Source: Promethearchaeota archaeon
Lineage (GTDB): Archaea > Asgardarchaeota > Lokiarchaeia > Sigyniarchaeales > SOKP01
Direction: 5' to 3'
Length of the DNA: 23,898 nt
Assembly (NCBI GenBank): GCA_016839745.1
Contig: JAEOTS010000134.1
Span: forward strand, 1-23,898
The position numbers and the translations under genes were made by a program. The stretch's first letter is position 1. Every line of letters begins with the position of its first letter. The notes beneath the pieces are model-generated. The model searched no databases, had not been told where the DNA came from, and saw only the letters and a list, made by a program, of their open reading frames with translations. Below are positions 16,808-23,898 of the stretch, one piece after another.

Positions 16808-17070
16808 TTAAAACACCTTGAGAATTTCAGTGAATCAAAATTAGTATTAATTCATTCAAATAAAGTTATAAATCTTATGAAAAGAAATTATGAAACATGA
16901 TAAGTTAACACGCAAAAAATCAAATTTTCATTATTTACGATTATTGCATTACAGTAGACAGCTAGGTTTTATATTATATAACCAAATACTTAAAAACGGA
17001 AATCATTTTTATTATTATTTATAATAATTGCGAATAATTATTTATAAATAAAAAAAAGTGTATTGAAGAA

Positions 17071-17496
17071 ATGGGTCGTCAAACGAGTAAGAGATATGTT
17101 AAAAGTCCTCCCCGCAATTTTTATTTTCCATCTGAATCAGACGAACCATTGATAGAAGATTTTATTGGCTTGACCGTCGCAGAATTTGAAGCTATGAGAC
17201 TTAAACATTACATTTCTCTGAATCAGAAAGATTCCGCAGAAAATATGAGCGTATCGCAGCCAACTTTTTCACGAATTTTGGATAAAGCTCATCAAAAAAT
17301 TACCAAAGCCTTTATAGAAGGAAAAGATATCCGTGTGTATGGGGGCAATATCGATCTTAAAAAAGGCTTCAAAGGTTATGGGTGTCTAAATTGTGATGAA
17401 GAGTGGGAAGACGAATTAGCCGCTAAAGAGCGAAAAGTAAATTGCCCAAACTGTAATTCTAAAAAAGTATATTATTTAGTAAGAGAACCACTCTAA
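17071..17496 (+). CDS. DUF134 (UPF0251) HTH protein with C-terminal zinc ribbon
   Basis: LTVAEFEAMRL..NQKDSAENMSVSQPTFSRIL..A..GK.I...GG signature; CLNC..CPNC. Confidence 0.9.
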   Translation: MGRQTSKRYVKSPPRNFYFPSESDEPLIEDFIGLTVAEFEAMRLKHYISLNQKDSAENMSVSQPTFSRILDKAHQKITKAFIEGKDIRVYGGNIDLKKGFKGYGCLNCDEEWEDELAAKERKVNCPNCNSKKVYYLVREPL

Positions 17497-17623
17497 TAGA
17501 TACCACATTTGGAATCAAATATTATAATCCACTTACCCTTAAACATAGAATTTTAATTAAATTAATAATTAAACAACCTAATTATATTAGGATAGATTTT
17601 TAATATAGGGGGATAATTAAGAT

Positions 17624-18733
17624 ATGGTTATAGATAGTGAAAAAATCTGGTATAAGGCAGCACGGACAATTGTTAAAGCGGGACAACTTCCAATGGTTGT
17701 TAACGAGACTCTTCTTGAGTTATTAAAATTAATAATGACCGAAGACCAAGCAGAATTTATTTCTATATTTCGAAAGCCCTCGCTAAGTATTGATCAGATA
17801 AGAGAAAAAACTGCTTTAAATGATGAAACACTAGATGTGATTTTAAATGAACTTATGGATAATGGGGTTTTAATAGGTGTTCCGAGTAAGAGAACAGGGA
17901 TAATGGTATATCGCCTCCTTGGACCATTTCCTGGGCTGTTTGAAATGCAGTTTATGAGAGGAGAAATCGGGGAAAAACAAAAAAAGCTTGCTTTCCTTTT
18001 TGATTCATTATTTAAAGATTTAAGCGAAGGAACTCAGAAAAATTACGAACATATTGTAGCTCAATACAAAAGCTTTCCACCTATTACAAGAGTGGTGCCA
18101 GTTGAGGAAAAAATTGAAGATGTTCCTGTCGATAAAATATTACCTCACGAAGAAGCGTCTAAAATAGTAAATAAGTACGACGATATTGCGATTGTGCATT
18201 GCTACTGCCGACACGAGAAAGATTTACTCGAAAAATCTTGTAAGGTAACTGATGAACGATTAAATTGCTTTCTTTTAGGAAAAAGTGCCCAATTTGCGAT
18301 TGAACATAAATTCGGGGACAAAATATCAAAAGAAGAAGCGATAAAAATAATAAACAAAGCATCAGACGAGGGACTCGTTCATAAGGCGTTTCATATTCAC
18401 CTTAAACCAGATTTAGACGAAGAAGCGATATGCAATTGCTGTAAATGTTGTTGTGGGATTTTCTCGATGTTTTGGAATGGTATAACGCCATATCATTGCT
18501 ACACTAGTTATTTAGCAGAAGTGAACAATGAGAATTGCATTGGTTGTGGAACCTGTGTTGAGAAGTGTCCTATGGAAGCTATCGAGTTAGAGGAAAATAT
18601 TGCTAATGTTGATGAGAATAGATGCATCGGTTGTGGGGTATGCGTCCACCATTGTCCCGAAGATGCAATGAACTTAGAAAGAACTGGAAATAGAGAAGTA
18701 TTTGTTCCACCTCCAAGGATAAAAACAATGTGA
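17624..18733 (+). CDS. 4Fe-4S dicluster-binding protein (N-terminal HTH-like region, Cys-rich core)
   Basis: CYCRH, ICNCCKCCC and two CxxCxxCxxxCP ferredoxin motifs; GGGGGA RBS. Confidence 0.9.
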   Translation: MVIDSEKIWYKAARTIVKAGQLPMVVNETLLELLKLIMTEDQAEFISIFRKPSLSIDQIREKTALNDETLDVILNELMDNGVLIGVPSKRTGIMVYRLLGPFPGLFEMQFMRGEIGEKQKKLAFLFDSLFKDLSEGTQKNYEHIVAQYKSFPPITRVVPVEEKIEDVPVDKILPHEEASKIVNKYDDIAIVHCYCRHEKDLLEKSCKVTDERLNCFLLGKSAQFAIEHKFGDKISKEEAIKIINKASDEGLVHKAFHIHLKPDLDEEAICNCCKCCCGIFSMFWNGITPYHCYTSYLAEVNNENCIGCGTCVEKCPMEAIELEENIANVDENRCIGCGVCVHHCPEDAMNLERTGNREVFVPPPRIKTM

Positions 18734-18787
18734 AAAAGAAGATATATTAAGTTAATACTATTCTAATTTTTTTCTCAATTCTCAATT

Positions 18788-20380
18788 TTAAATTAAACTT
18801 TGACCGACAACGCTCGTATGTGGTTTTTTCCCTAACATTTTTAACAGGGTTGGGACAATATCTGTAATCTTGCAATGAGATATTTCTTTCACCGGTATAT
18901 CCTCTGATCCTCCGACAATTAGAGGAACTATTGCACTTCTTCTCAGCCCTATATCGTGTAAATACAAATTTTTGTTCTCTTTTTTTCCGTGTTTAATATT
19001 ATACGCAACCTCACCACAGGTGCTAACTATTATATCTGCCCTCCGGGGATTTTTAAAGTTCCGCGAAAGTAAATCTGGGTATAATGGAAAGTCAATGTGA
19101 AAAGTAGCATCTAGCCATTCGCTTAAAGTGTGAAATTTATTATCTAGTAACTTGCTCGCAACCTCGTCGTTAATATAATTAAACACATCACCATCACCAG
19201 CTTCTGTGTAGTATTTTGTTTTAAATTCCTTACCATTTCCAGAATATTCGATAGAACTTTTTATTATTTTACCCGTTTTTTGATTTTTTCTTTTTAAATG
19301 GATTTTTCCCTTTTTAGACGTGTTCGCATCGTCACAGTAATACATTAATTGGATACCGTTTAGAGTAAATAGCTTTTCTAATACATTAACCTGTCTGGGG
19401 CCATAATTCTCCATTTCTGCGATTGTAGGGTGATTCCAATTTTGCCCTTTAATGTTACCGTTAGATTTAAAATTGAAAAATCCTACGCTGTTAAAACCTC
19501 CTAAATTCATATTTCCCTTAATAGCCTTTCGTGGATGGTAATGGGTTAGACCATTTTCGTTAAAAAAATCCCCAAAATCCCCTAAAACTTTTGCTTTATA
19601 ATTCCCATGATCAGAGGATATAGCAAAAGCAGTTTCATTCAAATAACCTAACTTTTCTAATCCTTCAAGCAACATTCCAAGTGCTTTATCGATGTGGAAC
19701 AAATTTAGTTTATATAACTCTGAATCAAAGCCGTAAAGATGCAACATTACATCTGAAGAAATGAACAATAGGTTAGAAGCAATCGGAGCATCGTTAGTCT
19801 CGAAAAATTTCTTTGGGTTTTCAAAAGTTTTGAGCAGTTTCTTCACAGCAACTAAGTTTGCTTTCATAATATACTTGTTAATGTTATGAGAGTGTTTTAT
19901 TAAGAGGTAATACAAGATTAATTTGGTTTTTCTCTCGGGGAATAGATAATTAACACCTCTACTAATAAATTGACTAATACTTACTGTGTTACCTTCTCCG
20001 ACCATTTCGAATAAAGTTTTGCAGTTATTACCTAAATCATCATTTAGCTTGTATATTTGAATTCTCTCATCCGATCCTATTGAATTATATGATCTCAAAA
20101 AAGGGGGAACTTCGTTTCGGTCCATCCAATTAAAAGAGGGGACTCCGTGGCATAATTCCTCCAAATAATTTCCAGTATATGTGCCAGTCATCATTGATAC
20201 TTGAGTCGGATAGGTCTTTGATGGGAAATCTGTTATACAGTTTTTGGATTGAATCCCTGATTCAATTAGTTTTTTTAAATTTGGAAGTGAACCTTTATCA
20301 ATGAGTTTAAAAAATTGATCAGAACGTACATCATCAATTATGCAAAAAATTACATGTTTTATCTGATTCATCCAATTCAC
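18788..20380 (-). CDS. Alkaline phosphatase superfamily protein (nucleotide pyrophosphatase/phosphodiesterase type)
   Basis: IIDD metal site, FPSKTYP nucleophile motif, DVMLH, ISSDHG, C-terminal HD and DIVPT. Confidence 0.88.
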   Translation of the reverse strand: MNWMNQIKHVIFCIIDDVRSDQFFKLIDKGSLPNLKKLIESGIQSKNCITDFPSKTYPTQVSMMTGTYTGNYLEELCHGVPSFNWMDRNEVPPFLRSYNSIGSDERIQIYKLNDDLGNNCKTLFEMVGEGNTVSISQFISRGVNYLFPERKTKLILYYLLIKHSHNINKYIMKANLVAVKKLLKTFENPKKFFETNDAPIASNLLFISSDVMLHLYGFDSELYKLNLFHIDKALGMLLEGLEKLGYLNETAFAISSDHGNYKAKVLGDFGDFFNENGLTHYHPRKAIKGNMNLGGFNSVGFFNFKSNGNIKGQNWNHPTIAEMENYGPRQVNVLEKLFTLNGIQLMYYCDDANTSKKGKIHLKRKNQKTGKIIKSSIEYSGNGKEFKTKYYTEAGDGDVFNYINDEVASKLLDNKFHTLSEWLDATFHIDFPLYPDLLSRNFKNPRRADIIVSTCGEVAYNIKHGKKENKNLYLHDIGLRRSAIVPLIVGGSEDIPVKEISHCKITDIVPTLLKMLGKKPHTSVVGQSLI

Positions 20381-20547
20381 TTATCTAAAACTTAATACTG
20401 AAATTAAGCTTTATCAATTATAGGTTGATTTATCAAATAAATGCTATATATAAGGATTTTTGTAAAAAATATAATATTATTGTGATAGTGACGTAAAATA
20501 AAAGAAATCTCTGGAAGATTATATTCTGGAAATAGGAAAAGAAAATA

Positions 20548-20648
20548 AGCCTCCGACGGGAATTGAACCCGCGACCTGCAGATTACAAGTTTCAGCAATT
20601 AATCGAAGTTAATTAAATTCTGCTGCTATACCGCTAAGCCACGGAGGC
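20548..20648 (-). tRNA. tRNA-Thr(UGU) with a 29-nt intron (20591-20619); CCA not encoded
   Basis: Acceptor stem GCCTCCG/CGGAGGC plus U discriminator; anticodon stem GCAGA/TCTGC with loop CTTGTAA after intron removal; T arm GCGGG-TTCAATT-CCCGT. Confidence 0.93.
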
Positions 20649-20804
20649 TTTAAAGTAACATTTAAAAATAATTCAGCAAGAATTTTTAATTTTTTGGTTT
20701 TAGGAGCATTAAAAATTTAACACAAATAATTAAAAGTTAACTTTACTTTATTTTTATTTAAATACTAATTATTCTATATTATGGAAAGGGAGTTCTAGTT
20801 TACT

Positions 20805-21152
20805 GTGTTTACTAAGGAAGATGTAGAGATATTAGCCTATCAAAGATATACCTCGGGAGAAGATTACGATAAATCCGTCTGGTACTTAGCTGAACTTGTA
20901 GTTAAGATCTTAAAAAATGTAAAGAATGGATATGATATAAAACCCCTTGAAACAGATAATTTGGTCTTATTATTGAATGAAAATGTCAATGGGGATCTTA
21001 TAGAACCAACTGAAGACGATATTAAAGATTTTGCTAAAATTATTTACTACGAACATCCAGAAAAGAGTAAACTACATTTTTTCATTGCTGAAAAACAACT
21101 CCTTCTGGAAGAAATAAAAAGAGTTATAAAAGAAAATAGTAATAACCAGTAA
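20805..21152 (+). CDS. Hypothetical protein with two DUF2934-like helical repeats
   Basis: TKEDVEILAYQRY..SVWYLAEL and TEDDIKDFAKIIY..LHFFIAEKQLL resemble each other and the DUF2934 pattern (I...AY..W....W..AE..L); GTG start. Confidence 0.7.
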   Translation: MFTKEDVEILAYQRYTSGEDYDKSVWYLAELVVKILKNVKNGYDIKPLETDNLVLLLNENVNGDLIEPTEDDIKDFAKIIYYEHPEKSKLHFFIAEKQLLLEEIKRVIKENSNNQ

Positions 21153-21308
21153 ATTTTACTTACTACATCGAAATAAACCCGATCTGTCTCTTTTTTTAAA
21201 TACTCTTAATAGTTTAATATATTAAACTCAGAATAGTTGAGATTAAAATCTAAATAATAATAATACTAAATAGTAAAATAATTTTAATTACTAAATTCGG
21301 TAAGTAAA

Positions 21309-23897
21309 TTGCCTAGTCCAAAAAAAACTAAGAGAAGACCTCCTGCTGATGAGAAGCAAAAATCTCTCTTTTCTTTTGTAGAAAAAACAGAAGCTAAGAA
21401 AGAAGTAAAAAGCAAACATATTGCAAAAAAAGAAGATAAAGCGTTAGAGGACCAATTAATACCTCAAGAGCCGCCTGAGACAAAAGATATAAAAGAAGAG
21501 ATTAAAGATAAAGCCGAACCAGCGTTAAAAGGAACTCCAAAAAAGCAATATTTTAAAAGTTCAGGCATACCCTTTGGTTTAAAAGAAAATGGTATACAAC
21601 TCCAAAATATCAAAAGAGAAAGTGTAAGCTCTAAATACATTCGGTATCTAATTGAAAAGGGAGAAATCGTAGAGGATTTGGAAAGAGGTCTACTTTTAGA
21701 TGTAGATTATGATGGGGGGTTGAATAAAGCATATTGCAAATTTTACGACTTGGATACTGATGATATTAAAATATGGGTTGATACTACTGATCACGAACCT
21801 TATTGTTTGAGTAAAGAACCAATTTCAATGCTTGAACAGCTGACTTATAAAGATCAAGCGGGGAGAAGAAAGAAATTGGTTGATTACGAGGGGTTTAAAA
21901 GGTTTGAAGAAATTAAGAAGTTTGACTTGCTCACTGATAAAGAAATACCTATGACGAGGATATACGGTAAAACACCCATAGATATAGGAGGATCTGGATT
22001 GAATGTTAAAAATATTCTAGCTGAAAACGAAAAAAAGGCGTGGGAAGCGGACATTCGATACCATCTGAATTACATTTTAGATCGACAGTTAATCCCGGGA
22101 CTTATATATCGTATCAATAGCGGTAAACTTGAAAAAATCGATTTTAAAGAAAGTTCTGATGAAACTAAAATATTAACAAACGAACTGAGAACTCTGTTTA
22201 AAGGTGAAAAACCAGAAATGCAGGAATTTTCTGAAAAATTTATCGATATTTTCCTAACACCAATTCCTGATGTAAAACGATTAGCTATGGATATCGAAGT
22301 AAAAGTAGGAGAACACGATTATAGGATTCCAGATGCTCGCCTTGCAAAGCAAGAAATAATTTCCATATCATTTGTAGCTTCAGAAGGTTTAAAATTAGTG
22401 TATATTTTAGAGCGCGAGGGTTTCACTTTTGATAAACTCCATGCAGAATTCCCAGATGACGCTAAACTTTACTTCTTTAAATCTGAAAAGGAATTATTAA
22501 CTGAAGCTTTTAGAATTATATGGGAATATCCTGTGATTATTACCTTTAATGGAGACAATTTTGATTTAAATTATATGTTTCACAGAGCAGAAAAATTGAA
22601 AATAGACAAAGATTTAAACCCTATCCATGTAAAAAGGGGTTTTGGAATAATGGCAAAGTCAGAATGCGATTTAAGGAAAGGAATCCATATAGATGTCTTT
22701 AACTTTTTCTTTAATCGAAGTATTTCAGGATACGCCTTTGGTGGGTCTTATCAGAGTGCCTCCTTAAACGCCATCAGCGAAGCGTTATTAGGTGAAAAGA
22801 AATACGAACACGAAGAAGAAATTCACGATATGGAATACGATGTTCTTTCTTGGTATAATCTTAAAGATTCGATTTTAACCTTAGATCTTACTAAATTCAA
22901 TAATTCGCTTGTATGGAATTTGATCATTTTGTTATGTAGGATAACAAAATTACCAATGCACGATATGATTAGAAGGCAAATTTCAACATGGATACAAAAT
23001 ATTTTTTATTTCGAGCATCGTAGAAAAAAAATTCTCATTCCTAGAAGGTCTGAAATATCTGATGCGAAAAAAGGTGGAGCATTGATGTCAAAATTTAACG
23101 GTGAAAAATTTCAAGGTGCTTACGTTATCGATCCTGTTCCGGGTATTCATTATGATGTTGTTGTTATGGATTTTGCTTCCCTGTATCCCTCAATCATAAA
23201 AGAGTTTAATTTATCTTATGAAACTGTACTCTGTCCCCACAAAGACGATGAAGACAACCTTATAAAAGGTACTCCATATCATATCTGTACTCATAAGATG
23301 GGAATCTTTGCGTATGTAGTCGGTTTTTTCCGTGATACGAGAGTAAAATACTTCAAACCGAAATCAAGCGATAAACGTTTGACTCCAAAACAGCGAAGTT
23401 ATTATCACACTATCCAACAAGCGCTTAAAGTGTTCATTAACGCAAGTTATGGCGTATTTGGATCTCAAAATTTCCCGCTTTTTTGTTTACCTGTCGCTGA
23501 AAGCACTACAGGAATCGGTCAATACTCTATAAAACAAACTATACAAAAAGCAGAAGAACTTGGGGTGAAAGTTCTGTATGGTGACACAGATAGTGTTTTT
23601 CTTCTCAATCCATCCAGTTCCCAAATGAAAGAAATATCAGATTGGAGCAAAAAAGAGCTTGATTTAGATTTAGAAGAAGAAAAAACTTACCAATTCTTAG
23701 CACTTTCCCAGAGAAAGAAAAATTACATAGGGATATATAAAGATACCAAATATGTTGACATAAAAGGACTTGTAGCAAAAAAGAAAAACACCCCAGATTT
23801 TATTAAAAAAGTGTTCAGTCAGCTAATAGAGATTCTAAAAGAAATAACTAATGATGAAGAGTTCAATCTCGCAAAGAAAAGAATTATTGAAATTGTT
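21309..23897 (+). CDS. polB1: Family B DNA polymerase, PolB1 type (3'-truncated by the window end)
   Basis: Open frame from TTG 21309 to the window end. ExoI MDIEV, ExoII TFNGDNFD, ExoIII WYNLKD, motif A DFASLYPSII, motif B KVFINASYGVFG, motif C YGDTDS, KKNY; PolB1-like HEPYCLS, WEADIRY and KGLVAKKKNTP; N-terminal PIP-like QKSLFSF. Confidence 0.95.
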   Translation, partial: MPSPKKTKRRPPADEKQKSLFSFVEKTEAKKEVKSKHIAKKEDKALEDQLIPQEPPETKDIKEEIKDKAEPALKGTPKKQYFKSSGIPFGLKENGIQLQNIKRESVSSKYIRYLIEKGEIVEDLERGLLLDVDYDGGLNKAYCKFYDLDTDDIKIWVDTTDHEPYCLSKEPISMLEQLTYKDQAGRRKKLVDYEGFKRFEEIKKFDLLTDKEIPMTRIYGKTPIDIGGSGLNVKNILAENEKKAWEADIRYHLNYILDRQLIPGLIYRINSGKLEKIDFKESSDETKILTNELRTLFKGEKPEMQEFSEKFIDIFLTPIPDVKRLAMDIEVKVGEHDYRIPDARLAKQEIISISFVASEGLKLVYILEREGFTFDKLHAEFPDDAKLYFFKSEKELLTEAFRIIWEYPVIITFNGDNFDLNYMFHRAEKLKIDKDLNPIHVKRGFGIMAKSECDLRKGIHIDVFNFFFNRSISGYAFGGSYQSASLNAISEALLGEKKYEHEEEIHDMEYDVLSWYNLKDSILTLDLTKFNNSLVWNLIILLCRITKLPMHDMIRRQISTWIQNIFYFEHRRKKILIPRRSEISDAKKGGALMSKFNGEKFQGAYVIDPVPGIHYDVVVMDFASLYPSIIKEFNLSYETVLCPHKDDEDNLIKGTPYHICTHKMGIFAYVVGFFRDTRVKYFKPKSSDKRLTPKQRSYYHTIQQALKVFINASYGVFGSQNFPLFCLPVAESTTGIGQYSIKQTIQKAEELGVKVLYGDTDSVFLLNPSSSQMKEISDWSKKELDLDLEEEKTYQFLALSQRKKNYIGIYKDTKYVDIKGLVAKKKNTPDFIKKVFSQLIEILKEITNDEEFNLAKKRIIEIV

Positions 23898-23898
23898 A

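Noticed and set aside
649-18362. Short antisense ORFs (649, 1992, 3202, 4631, 5831, 6188, 6875, 10424, 12507, 18159)
   Set aside because: All lie antisense to well-supported genes and have no recognisable motifs; shadow ORFs.
18731-18748. Possible Sec read-through of the TGA ending the 4Fe-4S gene
   Set aside because: TAA follows after four codons and the TGA is not at a Cys-equivalent position.
20548-20580. tRNA 3' end as an integration site
   Set aside because: No duplicated tRNA 3' segment and no integrase noticed in the window.
20404-20598. 64-aa minus-strand ORF in the track
   Set aside because: Starts inside the tRNA intron and reads through the tRNA 3' half; spurious.

Overview
AT-rich archaeal chromosomal segment, most consistent with an Asgard archaeon (Lokiarchaeia/Promethearchaeota-like). 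That assignment is inferred from a PolB1-type DNA polymerase, an intron-containing tRNA, archaeal TATA and GGAGGTGA/GGTGA ribosome-binding motifs, and an Asgard-style longin/uDENN-like domain. Ordinary genes: radical SAM protein, GyrI-like protein, GH4 glycosidase, LL-DAP-aminotransferase-like enzyme, DUF134 protein, 4Fe-4S protein, alkaline-phosphatase-superfamily enzyme, tRNA-Thr(UGU) and PolB1 (truncated by the window end, absent from the ORF track). No integrase, transposase or CRISPR array was seen. The most unusual items are: (1) two tandem paralogous cassettes at 14504-15587, each with a promoter, a ~200-nt multi-hairpin RNA leader with switch-like alternative pairings, an identical 19-nt RBS block and a ~58-aa ORF sharing a D-x-S-x3-PG-x-IE-x-E motif; (2) a protein fusing a putative longin-like domain to a single TBP repeat; (3) a ~2,700-aa almost entirely transmembrane protein with exact 184-aa and 258-aa internal periodicities; (4) an apparent ATT/ATA start codon for the aminotransferase; (5) a tRNA intron at non-canonical position 30/31. 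All structure and domain calls were made by eye, without tools.
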